Positions 36,639 through 45,919 of a stretch of DNA of 64,000 bases are shown piece after piece. The DNA is taken from contig DGSN01000032.1 of NCBI GenBank assembly GCA_002393575.1, positions 44,783 to 108,782 of the forward strand. The letters are read 5' to 3'. A model generated the notes under the pieces. It was not told where the DNA came from, did no database searches, and saw only the letters and a list, made by a program, of their open reading frames with translations. The translations under genes and the position numbers were made by a program. How positions within the stretch are numbered: the first letter of the stretch is position 1; each line of letters starts with the position of its first letter. Source of the stretch: Prevotellaceae bacterium UBA4361. Lineage in GTDB: Bacteria > Bacteroidota > Bacteroidia > Bacteroidales > Bacteroidaceae.

Positions 36639-37553
36639 ATGGAAAAATTTGAGGTGACGGTATTGGGATGCGGAAGTGCTCTGCCAACAGTGAAGCACAA
36701 TGGCAGTGGCATGGTGGTGAATATTCGAGAGAAATACTTCTTAGTGGATTGTGCAGAGGGAACGCAGGTGGAACTTCGCCGAAACAGAATCCATTTGAAT
36801 CGTCTCTTCACGGTTTTCATCACTCACCTTCATGGTGACCACTGCTTTGGTTTGATGGGACTCATCTCTACACTAGGACTCTTGGGACGCACTGCCCCAC
36901 TCCACGTGTATGGGCCACAGGATATTGACACCCTCTATCAGCCACTCATCGACTACCACTGCAACGGCATGACTTACGAAGTGGTGTTTCACCCCATCGA
37001 CACGCATCAAAACACCTGCATATACGAAGACAGAAGCTTGCAAGTCTTTTCCATCCCCCTGAAACACAGAATTCGCTGTTGTGGATATTATTTTAAGGAG
37101 AAAGAATTGTCGCGACATATTCTGAAGGATGCGATAGAAAAATACAACATCCCTATTTCACAAATCAACAATGTGAAAGCAGGACTCGACTATGTCATGC
37201 CAAATGGTGAAGTGATTAAGAATGAACTCATCACCACTCCACCAACCCCAGCTCGTTCGTTCGCGTATTGCTCAGACACCGTGTTTCGTCCAGAAATTGC
37301 AGAGATGATGAAAGGTGTGGACTTACTCTACCATGAAGCAACCTTTGCAGAAAGCGAAAAGCAACTCTGCTCGAAGGTATATCACTCCACGGCAAAACAA
37401 GCTGCTGAGATTGCTCGACTCGCCGGAGCCAAACGACTGATGATAGGACACTATTCGTCAAGATATGATGACGAGTCTATCCTTCAGAAGGAAGCCTCGG
37501 AAGTATTCGAAAACACCATTTTAGCTAAAGAAGGACTTGTGGTAACGGTATAA
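36639..37553 (+). CDS. rnz: Ribonuclease Z
   Basis: 304 aa. Metallo-beta-lactamase motif HLHGDHCFG. Length and overall pattern are typical of short-form RNase Z. Confidence 0.85.
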   Translation: MEKFEVTVLGCGSALPTVKHNGSGMVVNIREKYFLVDCAEGTQVELRRNRIHLNRLFTVFITHLHGDHCFGLMGLISTLGLLGRTAPLHVYGPQDIDTLYQPLIDYHCNGMTYEVVFHPIDTHQNTCIYEDRSLQVFSIPLKHRIRCCGYYFKEKELSRHILKDAIEKYNIPISQINNVKAGLDYVMPNGEVIKNELITTPPTPARSFAYCSDTVFRPEIAEMMKGVDLLYHEATFAESEKQLCSKVYHSTAKQAAEIARLAGAKRLMIGHYSSRYDDESILQKEASEVFENTILAKEGLVVTV

Positions 37554-37631
37554 TCACAGAAAAATTATAAAAAAAACGCACTAATTCGTAAAAAACAATC
37601 GAAAAAATTTGCAAGATTGGTTTACTTACAA

Positions 37632-37639
37632 TAAATTTG
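37632..37639 (+). promoter_or_regulatory. Bacteroidota -7 promoter box TAAATTTG
   Basis: Plus-strand TAAATTTG about 130 nt upstream of the 37768 ORF. Confidence 0.4.
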
Positions 37640-37767
37640 CAATTGAAAACCGTGGAATAGGCTGTTGTCAATGGACAATTTGCCTTAAACATGGTACAAA
37701 AACATGTAAAATCACGCAAATTACAAAGCATAAAAAAACGACAAAAGAACTTCAAAAATAGTTGCCT

Positions 37768-38085
37768 ATGATGAAGAAGATACTCATAATGATTACTGCG
37801 GCTTTCCTCCTTGCCATGCCAATGGAGGTGAAAGCTCAAGATATACAGCAGCAGCGCACAACCATTGAACAGGAGGTGGCTCCAATCACTATTAGTGTGA
37901 ACGAGTCAACCATTCACATCAAGAATGCCGAGAAGATGGTGATAGAAATCTACAACATGACAGGTGTGAAAGTGGTGACTCAGCGCATTGACAGTTCCGA
38001 CAAAATGATTGAGTTGGACAACCTGCCAAAGGGATGCTACATCATCAAGATTGGCAAAGTAGCTCGCAAAGTATATCTCCGCTAA
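37768..38085 (+). CDS. Mini-protein: signal peptide plus T9SS C-terminal sorting domain only
   Basis: 105 aa from ATG 37768 (the track start at 37762 is TTG). Signal peptide MMKKILIMITAAFLLAMPMEVKAQD. The remainder (ITISVNESTIHIKNAEKMVIEIYNMTGVKVVTQRI...LPKGCYIIKIGKVARKVYLR) matches the T9SS CTD pattern. Confidence 0.7.
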   Translation: MMKKILIMITAAFLLAMPMEVKAQDIQQQRTTIEQEVAPITISVNESTIHIKNAEKMVIEIYNMTGVKVVTQRIDSSDKMIELDNLPKGCYIIKIGKVARKVYLR

Positions 38086-38171
38086 ACTAATCTGCGGACA
38101 TCTATAGAAGATTCCTTGTTTATGTCCTCACCAGACATAGACAGGGATTTTTTGATTAAAGAAGATGGAAC

Positions 38172-38738
38172 ATGAAACAATTTGACGAGCAAGAACTGGT
38201 AGCTCGACTTCAGAATCCTTCGACACAGCGGCGAGCGTTTGAAGAAATGGTGGGCCACTTTGGAGAAAGCCTTTATTGGCAAATCCGAAGGATGGTGACC
38301 TATCATGATGATGCAGACGACGTGCTTCAGAACACGTTTCTCAAAGCGTGGAACAGCATAGGGAATTTCAGAGGTGATGCCAAACTGTCCACATGGCTCT
38401 TCAAGATTGCCTACAATGAGAGCCTGACGTTCCTGAGCAAGCAGAGAGATACGATTTCGCTCGACACGAATGTGCTGGATGACGATGACGACGCCCCCAC
38501 CCTTGCCAACACGCTGGAAAGCGATACATACTTCGACGGTGATGAAACGGAAGCCATGCTTCAAGCTGCTGTAGCATCCCTCCCAGCCAAACAACGAGCG
38601 GTTTTCAACATGAAGTATTTTCAGGAAATGAAATATGAAGACATGGCGGAAATCACGGGGACAAGTGTCGGAGCCTTGAAAGCATCCTACCACATTGCCG
38701 TGAAAAAAATAGAAGAATACTTCCAACAACGAGAATGA
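38172..38738 (+). CDS. RNA polymerase ECF-type sigma-70 factor
   Basis: 188 aa. Region 2 (DADDVLQNTFLKAWNSIGNFRGDAKLSTWLFKIAYNE). Region 4 (QRAVFNMKYFQEMKYEDMAEITGTSVGALKASYHIAVKKI). Confidence 0.9.
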   Translation: MKQFDEQELVARLQNPSTQRRAFEEMVGHFGESLYWQIRRMVTYHDDADDVLQNTFLKAWNSIGNFRGDAKLSTWLFKIAYNESLTFLSKQRDTISLDTNVLDDDDDAPTLANTLESDTYFDGDETEAMLQAAVASLPAKQRAVFNMKYFQEMKYEDMAEITGTSVGALKASYHIAVKKIEEYFQQRE

Positions 38739-38844
38739 CAAGTTTGCGTATTGTTTTTTTTCAAAATATATGTAATTTTTTTGCATAAAAGATTAAACTA
38801 TTTGCCAACTTATCAGTCATAAAGACAAGAAATCTACTTACAAT

Positions 38845-39234
38845 ATGAAGCAATTTGACATCAACAATCAAAGCAAGCGCAATCCCTTCACTGTTCCAGA
38901 TGGTTATTTCGAGAACCTGACGGCACGCGTGATGATGAACATTCCAGAAATGGAAGCTGAGGAGAAGGAAAGCGAGAACCATGCAAAGATTGTGAGTATG
39001 GAACCTCGCAAATCATCGCGGAAGTGGATGGGATGGAGTATTGCTGCAGCTGCCTGCATTGCTGTGGCAGCACTCTTTATCACGATTCCAAAAGATTCGA
39101 ATGGTGTTGGAGAAAGACGCATGGCACAGACAGAAACGTCTGCCACGTATGACTCTGAATATCAGGAGGAAATGTTGGAATATGCCATGGTGGACAACAC
39201 CGACATCTACAGCTACCTGTCGGGAGCAATGTAA
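38845..39234 (+). CDS. Putative anti-sigma factor (single-pass membrane protein)
   Basis: 129 aa with one TM helix (WSIAAAACIAVAALFITI). Positioned directly after the ECF sigma gene. Confidence 0.5.
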   Translation: MKQFDINNQSKRNPFTVPDGYFENLTARVMMNIPEMEAEEKESENHAKIVSMEPRKSSRKWMGWSIAAAACIAVAALFITIPKDSNGVGERRMAQTETSATYDSEYQEEMLEYAMVDNTDIYSYLSGAM

Positions 39235-39330
39235 TCTAAACCTTTATTTAATGGGGGTAGATTGCATTGTCCCCTTTCGAAAGAAAAACCGAACACGAGA
39301 TTCTGAAGATAAAATTAACAAACAGAAAGA

Positions 39331-39864
39331 ATGAAACACATGAAAAGAAGTATCATTTACATTATAGCCCTTCTACTACTATCTGTCAATGAGGCTCAAG
39401 CACAATTCAATAGGAATGAGCAAAAACAGGAAAGGAAAGAACATCGTCGTTTCAATCCTGAAGAATTTGACAAATGGATGGAACACTTCATCACCCAGGA
39501 GGTGGGACTCACCCCCGAAGAAAGCAAGCAGTTCTTCCCTCTTCTCAAAGAAATGCGCCTGAAGCAATTCAAGAACGACCAACAGGGACGCGAAATCATG
39601 GGAAAGCTCAATGACCAATCTACAGAAAAGGACTACGAATCGGCCATCAGCAAAACCTTGGAGCTTGACCTGGAAAACAGAAAGATTGAGAAGGAATACT
39701 ACAAGAAATTCCATAGCGTTCTATCTTGGAAGAAAATCCACAAAGTTCGCTTTGCCATCCAGAAATTCAACATGGAAGCCTTGAGACGCTTCTCCCCTCA
39801 GCGCAACAGGTTTAACGGACAGGGACAGCATAAGCATTGGAGATGGGGACAGAAGAACGACTGA
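39331..39864 (+). CDS. Secreted helical, Lys/Glu-rich periplasmic protein (Spy/CpxP-like?), third gene of the ECF module
   Basis: 177 aa. Signal peptide IIYIIALLLLSVNEAQAQ. Repeated charged helical segments. The family guess is weak. Confidence 0.4.
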   Translation: MKHMKRSIIYIIALLLLSVNEAQAQFNRNEQKQERKEHRRFNPEEFDKWMEHFITQEVGLTPEESKQFFPLLKEMRLKQFKNDQQGREIMGKLNDQSTEKDYESAISKTLELDLENRKIEKEYYKKFHSVLSWKKIHKVRFAIQKFNMEALRRFSPQRNRFNGQGQHKHWRWGQKND

Positions 39865-39925
39865 AAAAATCGTAGTCCTTCTGCCAAAAGAAGTTGAAGA
39901 AAACTCCTTTACAAATAAGATTTTG

Positions 39926-39968
39926 AAAGCAATTACGACTGTGGGAACAGCGTAGTTGCTTTTTCTTT
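39926..39968 (+). terminator. Intrinsic terminator after the ECF module
   Basis: Stem aagcaattacg/cgtagttgctt with one G-U pair, plus ctg/cag, followed by TTTTTCTTTT. Confidence 0.65.
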
Positions 39969-40000
39969 TATAAATTCTTCCGATTTCGAAGAAAAATGTC

Positions 40001-40008
40001 TAACTTTG
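40001..40008 (+). promoter_or_regulatory. Bacteroidota -7 promoter box TAACTTTG upstream of pheT
   Basis: Plus-strand TAACTTTG about 120 nt upstream of ATG 40127. Confidence 0.5.
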
Positions 40009-40126
40009 CAAACATAAAGTAAAGTGTGGGACACAGAACAGGTCTGATGTTCCCAAGTTCTTTGTGCAAAGAAGTTCTTGCAAGTTTTCTTTGCCAAGAG
40101 TCAGAAATCATCACAAAAAGAAATAT

Positions 40127-42634
40127 ATGAACGTCAGTTACAAATGGCTAAAAGAATACGTCGATTTCGACATGACAGCACAGGAAGTGGCAGATGCCCT
40201 TACCAGTGTAGGCTTGGAAGTTGACGCTATTGAAGAAGTGCAGTCCATCAAAGGTGGACTCGAAGGACTTGTTGTTGGTCAGGTTCTCACCTGCGAACCC
40301 CATCCAAATAGTGACCACATGCATGTATGCACAGTGGATGAAGGTAACAATCATGTGGAACAGATCGTATGTGGAGCTCCAAATGTTGCAGCAGGCCAAA
40401 AAGTGATTGTTGCCACTCTCGGCACCAAACTCTATGACGGCGACAAGGAATTTGTCATCAAAAAGAGCAAGTTGCGTGGCATTGAATCGAACGGAATGAT
40501 TTGTGCAGAAGACGAAATAGGCATTGGTACAAGCCATGACGGAATCATCGTTCTGCCAGAAGATGCCGTTGTGGGAACACCAGCTGCCAAGTATTATGGT
40601 TTAGAAAGCGATTGGGTAATAGAGGTTGACATCACTCCCAACCATTCCGATGCTTGTTCTCACTGGGGCGTTGCCCGTGATTTTTATGCATATCTGAAGC
40701 AGAATGGCTACGAAACGAGTTTGCACCGTCCATCCGTGGATGACTTCAAAGTGGAATCAAACAATCTCGACATAGATGTTGTAGTGGAGCAAGAGGAAGC
40801 ATGTCCTCGTTATTGCGCTGTCACAGTGAAGAATTGTGACGTGAAGGAATCTCCTAAGTGGCTCAAAGAGAAACTCAACACCATCGGTCTTCGCCCTATC
40901 AACAACATTGTAGATATTACCAACTACATCATGATGGCATACGGACAGCCTCTTCACTGTTTTGATGCAGACATGATTAAGGGTGGTAAGATTGTCGTGA
41001 AGGCAATGCCTGAAGGAACTCCTTTTGTGACCCTCGACGGTATAGAGCACAAACTGAGCGAAAAGGATCTTGCCATCTGCAATGCTGAAGAGCCTATGTG
41101 TATAGCTGGTGTATTTGGTGGTAAGGGTTCAGGTACATACGAAACGACCAAAGACGTGCTGTTTGAATCTGCTTATTTCCACCCAACATGGATTCGCAAG
41201 TCTGCCCGTCGTCATGGTCTTCAAACAGACGCTTCGTTCCGCTTCGAGCGTGGTATCGACCCAGAAGGACAGATTTACGCATTGAAAATGGCTGCCCTCA
41301 TGGCAAAGGAACTGGCAGGTGGAGAAATTGCCATGGAGATTAAGGATGTCAAGAATGACACACTGCCTAAGAATGCCATTGTGGATTTCGAATATCAATA
41401 CTGCCGCGACCTCGTTGGCAAGGACATTCCAGTCGAGACGATGCAAAGCATTTGCGAGAATCTGGGTATGAAGATTCTTGAGAAGAATGATGAAGGAATG
41501 AAACTTGAAGTTCCTGCATATCGTGTAGATGTAACCCGTCCTTGCGATGTGGTAGAAGAAATCCTCCGTATCTATGGATATGACAATGTGGAAATTCCAA
41601 CTCAGCTGAAATCATCACTCACTGTGAAGGGTGAACTTGACCGCAGCAACAAATTGCAGAACCTGATTGGTGAGCAATTGGTAGGTTGTGGATTTAATGA
41701 AATCCTCAACAACTCGCTTACCAAGACTTCTTACTACGACAACATGGAAGACGTGTGCAAGGCAGAAAACCTTGTTCACATCATGAACCCACTTAGCCAG
41801 GATCTGGGTGTTTTACGTCAGACGCTGCTTTTTGGTGGATTGGAAAGCATCAGCCACAATATCAATCGCAAAATTGCCGATTTGAAATTCTTCGAGTTCG
41901 GAAATTGCTACTATTTCAATCCAGAAAAGAAACAGGATAATTCAGACCTTGTTCCTTCTGGAGAGACATCTCGCCAGATTCTTGCAGCATATAGTGAAGA
42001 CTATCACCTCGGTTTGTGGCTCACAGGTAAACGTGTCAACGGCAACTGGGCTCATGCTGATGAGGAATCGTCTGTCTATGAACTGAAGGCATACGTCCTG
42101 AATATCCTCACCCGTCTGGGTGTTCCATTCGGTATGCTTGTATTTGGCGAGGCTAAGAATGACATTTTTTCCACATCGCAGACAATTTCAAATCGTGGCG
42201 GCAAGCTGATTGTTCAATTTGGTGTTGTCAGCAAGAAGCAAACATCTAAGCTCGACATTGAGGCTCCAGTTTATTTCGCAGACTTCAACTGGAACGCTCT
42301 GATGAAAACAGTGAAAAACAAGAGTGTCAGCTTCACTGAGATTCCAAAATTCCCAGCTGTCAGTCGTGACTTGGCACTTCTGCTCGACAAGAATATCGAA
42401 TTTGCAGAAATCGAGAAAATTGCATATCAGAGCGAAAAGAAAGTGCTCAAAGAAGTTCGCCTCTTCGACGTGTATGAAGGAAAGAACCTTGAAGAAGGCA
42501 AGAAGAGCTACGCTGTGAATTTCCTCTTGCAGGATGAGCAGAAAACAATGAACGACAAGCAGATTGAAGCCATCATGAGCAAGATTGAGCAAAACATCTG
42601 CAAGCAGCTCAATGCGAAGGTGAGAGGCAAATAA
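40127..42634 (+). CDS. pheT: Phenylalanine--tRNA ligase beta subunit
   Basis: MNVSYKWLKEYVDF... is the canonical PheT N-terminus, so I chose ATG 40127 over the GTG at 40064. tRNA-binding, B3/4, B5 and FDX-ACB regions are recognisable. Confidence 0.95.
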   Translation: MNVSYKWLKEYVDFDMTAQEVADALTSVGLEVDAIEEVQSIKGGLEGLVVGQVLTCEPHPNSDHMHVCTVDEGNNHVEQIVCGAPNVAAGQKVIVATLGTKLYDGDKEFVIKKSKLRGIESNGMICAEDEIGIGTSHDGIIVLPEDAVVGTPAAKYYGLESDWVIEVDITPNHSDACSHWGVARDFYAYLKQNGYETSLHRPSVDDFKVESNNLDIDVVVEQEEACPRYCAVTVKNCDVKESPKWLKEKLNTIGLRPINNIVDITNYIMMAYGQPLHCFDADMIKGGKIVVKAMPEGTPFVTLDGIEHKLSEKDLAICNAEEPMCIAGVFGGKGSGTYETTKDVLFESAYFHPTWIRKSARRHGLQTDASFRFERGIDPEGQIYALKMAALMAKELAGGEIAMEIKDVKNDTLPKNAIVDFEYQYCRDLVGKDIPVETMQSICENLGMKILEKNDEGMKLEVPAYRVDVTRPCDVVEEILRIYGYDNVEIPTQLKSSLTVKGELDRSNKLQNLIGEQLVGCGFNEILNNSLTKTSYYDNMEDVCKAENLVHIMNPLSQDLGVLRQTLLFGGLESISHNINRKIADLKFFEFGNCYYFNPEKKQDNSDLVPSGETSRQILAAYSEDYHLGLWLTGKRVNGNWAHADEESSVYELKAYVLNILTRLGVPFGMLVFGEAKNDIFSTSQTISNRGGKLIVQFGVVSKKQTSKLDIEAPVYFADFNWNALMKTVKNKSVSFTEIPKFPAVSRDLALLLDKNIEFAEIEKIAYQSEKKVLKEVRLFDVYEGKNLEEGKKSYAVNFLLQDEQKTMNDKQIEAIMSKIEQNICKQLNAKVRGK

Positions 42635-42670
42635 TCCTTTTCATATTAGCGGAAGAGACATTTTTGGCAG

Positions 42671-42814
42671 ATGAGAAAGAAGCAGATATTCAGAGTACTC
42701 TATTACATTTTGATAGTGCTATGGCTCTTGCAAATCTACTACTCAGGGTTTAACATCTATATCTTAATCCCCACCACTTGTCTTATCATCTGCTATTTTT
42801 TACAGAAAGAATAA
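42671..42814 (+). CDS. Candidate 47-aa small membrane protein (below the ORF-track cutoff)
   Basis: ATG 42671 to TAA 42812-42814: MRKKQIFRVLYYILIVLWLLQIYYSGFNIYILIPTTCLIICYFLQKE. Basic N-terminus followed by two hydrophobic segments. Fills the pheT-yebC gap. Confidence 0.3.
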   Translation: MRKKQIFRVLYYILIVLWLLQIYYSGFNIYILIPTTCLIICYFLQKE

Positions 42815-42843
42815 AACAATAAAAATTAAAATCATACAATCCA

Positions 42844-43575
42844 ATGGGAAGAGCATTTGAATTTCGTAAGGCCCGCAAACTGAAGCGTTGGGGCAACATG
42901 GCAAAAACATTTACACGTCTTGGCAAGCAAATCGCTATTGCTGTAGCAGAAGGTGGTCCAGACCCTGAGAACAATTCCCGTCTGCGTGCCATTATAGCTA
43001 CATGTAAGCATGAGAACATGCCAAAAGACAACATTGAGCGTGCCATCAAGAATGCAGCTGGAAAAGACAAGAACAGCTGGAAAACTATGACATACGAAGG
43101 CTATGGTCCTCACGGAATTGCCATTTTCGTTGATACACTTACCGACAACCCAACTCGTACTGTTGCCGATGTACGTTCCATCTTCAACAAATTCAATGGA
43201 ACCCTTGGCACAATGGGTTCACTCGCCTATCTTTTCGACCACTTCTCCTTGTTTACTTTCAAAGAAAAAGAAGGCATGGATATGGATGAAATGATTCTTG
43301 AACTCATCGACTACGGAGTGAGTGACGAATTCGACGAGGAAGAAAATGAGGACACTGGCGAAAAGACCATCACCATCTATGGCGACCCTAAGAGTTTCGC
43401 ACAGATTCAAAGCTACCTCGAACAAAACGGTTACGAAATTATCTCAGCAGACTTCACATACGTTCCAAATGATTTGAAGGATGTAACAGACGAACAGCGC
43501 GAAACGATTGACAAGATGGTGGAGCGTTTGGAAGAATTCGATGATGTTCAGAATGTTTACACCAACATGAAGTAA
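42844..43575 (+). CDS. YebC/PmpR family DNA-binding transcriptional regulator
   Basis: 243 aa. MGRAFEFRKARKLKRWGNMAKTFTRLGKQI... is the typical YebC N-terminus. Confidence 0.9.
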   Translation: MGRAFEFRKARKLKRWGNMAKTFTRLGKQIAIAVAEGGPDPENNSRLRAIIATCKHENMPKDNIERAIKNAAGKDKNSWKTMTYEGYGPHGIAIFVDTLTDNPTRTVADVRSIFNKFNGTLGTMGSLAYLFDHFSLFTFKEKEGMDMDEMILELIDYGVSDEFDEEENEDTGEKTITIYGDPKSFAQIQSYLEQNGYEIISADFTYVPNDLKDVTDEQRETIDKMVERLEEFDDVQNVYTNMK

Positions 43576-43698
43576 GAAAACCACATTCTGCATTTAAGAA
43601 AAAGAATCTCTAAACCGAACTATGCGAAGATAACAAACCACATCTCACATGGTTCGGTTTTCTTTCCCATAACAATTCAACAAAAACAAGCAATCACT

Positions 43699-43956
43699 AT
43701 GAAAATAGAATACCAACCAACAGGCACTTGCTCGAAAATGATACTTGCAGATATTGATGATGAAACAAGAGTCATCAACAATGTGCAGTTCATTGGAGGC
43801 TGTCCTGGCAATACACTTGGAGTCAGTGCGCTCGTCAAAGGACAAAAGGTCGATGATGTCATCAAGAAACTTGAAGGAATCAGATGCGGAATGAAGTCCA
43901 CTTCTTGCCCCGACCAATTGGCTCGTGCTCTCAGGCAAGCATTGCCTAATGGATAA
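43699..43956 (+). CDS. TSCPD-domain small protein (TIGR03905-like)
   Basis: 85 aa. Cys pattern TGTCSK...FIGGCPGN...CG.KSTSCPDQLA is characteristic of this family as I recall it. Confidence 0.65.
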   Translation: MKIEYQPTGTCSKMILADIDDETRVINNVQFIGGCPGNTLGVSALVKGQKVDDVIKKLEGIRCGMKSTSCPDQLARALRQALPNG

Positions 43957-43987
43957 GAACATATCTCCATATATCTACGAAATAGCT

Positions 43988-44392
43988 ATGAAAAAATCTA
44001 TTCTCTTTCCTCTTTTCTCGGCATTGTTTCTTGTCTCCCTTTCTTCCTGCCAAGAATCGAAGAGCGAACGATTTGAACGAGAAGCCAAGGAATTCACCAA
44101 AACGAAATGCCCGTCTGTGAGTGCGGATGGAGTGATTCGCACCGACAGCATGGTTTTTCACAATGATGGCTCTAACGACATGATTTATTATTACACCATC
44201 CTTGATGAAAATTCAGAAGCCGTCCTCATTCGAAACATGTCATCCGTCGAAGCAGAACTGCGTCGTGGCATCATCAACAGCGTGGATATGCGCCATCAAA
44301 AGGAGGCTCATTTGAATTTCATATACATCTATCGTTCTTCCACAAGTGGCAAAGAGGTGATGAAATTCAAGTTTACGCCACAAGATTATTAA
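43988..44392 (+). CDS. Lipoprotein of unknown function
   Basis: Lipobox MKKSILFPLFSALFLVSLSSC from ATG 43988. The longer track ORF would overlap the TSCPD gene. Confidence 0.6.
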   Translation: MKKSILFPLFSALFLVSLSSCQESKSERFEREAKEFTKTKCPSVSADGVIRTDSMVFHNDGSNDMIYYYTILDENSEAVLIRNMSSVEAELRRGIINSVDMRHQKEAHLNFIYIYRSSTSGKEVMKFKFTPQDY

Positions 44393-44415
44393 CAGATTGA
44401 AATACACCCATAAAG

Positions 44416-44457
44416 AAGAAAGCTCCAGACATCTTTCATGTCCAGAGCTTTCTTTTT
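44416..44457. terminator. Bidirectional intrinsic terminator between convergent genes
   Basis: Perfect 10-bp stem aagaaagctc/gagctttctt plus inner gaca/tgtc. T-run on the plus strand and a T-rich tract on the minus strand. Confidence 0.7.
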
Positions 44458-44485
44458 ATATCTACGATGGAATAGATGGTTTCAC

Positions 44486-45904
44486 CTATTTGTGATAAGT
44501 ACTATAAATCACTTTCAGCTGTATGTCATCTTGTCCTCCCACCAAACGAGCACTCGTCAAAGAAAAATCATGTGTGAGTCTCACCAGTTTCTTATTACTG
44601 TCGTAGGTGGCAACCACAGGTATCAGAAGAACCTTATCCGCATTCTCTGTTGCTGTGTTTTCTTTCTTCTCTTTGAGAATAGTCGTAATCAACTTGGAGA
44701 TGTTTCCAAATTCGTAGGTATTCGTTGCGGTATTGAATGTTGCCAAGTAAGATGTTTTATCATCCACAAGTGTATATCTTTCGAAATACCCTTTTAGGTA
44801 ATCATCTAAGCGGACCAACAGAAGTGTCTTTGGAATATCCAACTTAAAGCTATTCTGAAAAGTGGAATTGTAGCGAGTGAAAGTCAAACTTGCCTGATTG
44901 ATGGTATCTGTAATGTTAATTTGACTCGTTGGCAAGGTTGCTTCAGTGAAAATACCTGCAGGACTCTTCAAATAAGTAGCAGTATTATCAGACAGAAGTG
45001 TTTCCAAATTTGAATTGTCAAAACGATTGGCTTGCACAACCTCCTCTGTCGAAACCAAAGAGAAACCAGCCACCGTATCTACCGTTTGTGTTGGAACATC
45101 AAATTCCAAGTCCAGACGGCAAGAAGTAATATAGGCAATAGCACCATCACCTTTTTCCAACTTGAAGTAGAATCCCTTACTTCCCGTCAGTCCACTATTA
45201 ATCCACGTTTCCGAGTTTTGGAAAATATTATTGTTCTTCTTGTAAGCTTCAAAAATGTTCTGCCCCACTGACAAAGGCAACTTAATACTGATGTGAGGAG
45301 AATACACCTTCGTTGACCAGCGCACCTTTTCTTCAACATTTCTGTCTGAAAGAGTGTACCATTTTGAAACGATAGGATTTTTTGACTCATCATAGAAACG
45401 AGTTGCATCTATATTTGTATAGTAGTTTTCATCAGGGCTCATGACAGAATCGAGCGGATAGACGCTCAACTTGAAGCTTGCCAATGAGTCACCTACGTAA
45501 GAACCATAGAACAAACGAAGATAGCAATTCGAAATACTGTCATTTCTCAATAAGGAATCTGCGATGTGACTGTTTTCCAGCACATGAAACTGAGCCAAGA
45601 AGTCACTCTGAATCACCGTTCCTGTCTCAGGGTCAGAAAAACGGCCCAAATAGCATGTACTTGTACGAGCAAGCACAGAATCACCCACCTCATAGGAACG
45701 TGTCTTCACAGGATAGGTCTGATACTGCTTCGTCAAGAAACTTGTTTCAGGCATCATCCCTACGCCCAATGTGTTTGTCGTGTCATCACAAGAAGTGAAA
45801 ACAAAAATGATGGAGAGGATTACCAACAAAGTTTTAAGTGTGAATCCTCTGAGAGTATGAAACATATAAACCAAATGTTTATTGTTTAATGATAAATGAA
45901 TCAA
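44486..45904 (-). CDS. DUF4270-like lipoprotein
   Basis: Lipobox LVILSIIFVFTSCDD. About 460 aa. Position downstream of the short glycogen-synthase-like gene matches the conserved Bacteroidota gene pair as I recall it. The start may be ATG 45865. Confidence 0.5.
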   Translation of the reverse strand: MIHLSLNNKHLVYMFHTLRGFTLKTLLVILSIIFVFTSCDDTTNTLGVGMMPETSFLTKQYQTYPVKTRSYEVGDSVLARTSTCYLGRFSDPETGTVIQSDFLAQFHVLENSHIADSLLRNDSISNCYLRLFYGSYVGDSLASFKLSVYPLDSVMSPDENYYTNIDATRFYDESKNPIVSKWYTLSDRNVEEKVRWSTKVYSPHISIKLPLSVGQNIFEAYKKNNNIFQNSETWINSGLTGSKGFYFKLEKGDGAIAYITSCRLDLEFDVPTQTVDTVAGFSLVSTEEVVQANRFDNSNLETLLSDNTATYLKSPAGIFTEATLPTSQINITDTINQASLTFTRYNSTFQNSFKLDIPKTLLLVRLDDYLKGYFERYTLVDDKTSYLATFNTATNTYEFGNISKLITTILKEKKENTATENADKVLLIPVVATYDSNKKLVRLTHDFSLTSARLVGGQDDIQLKVIYSTYHK

Positions 45905-45919
45905 TCAAATGAAATGTTT

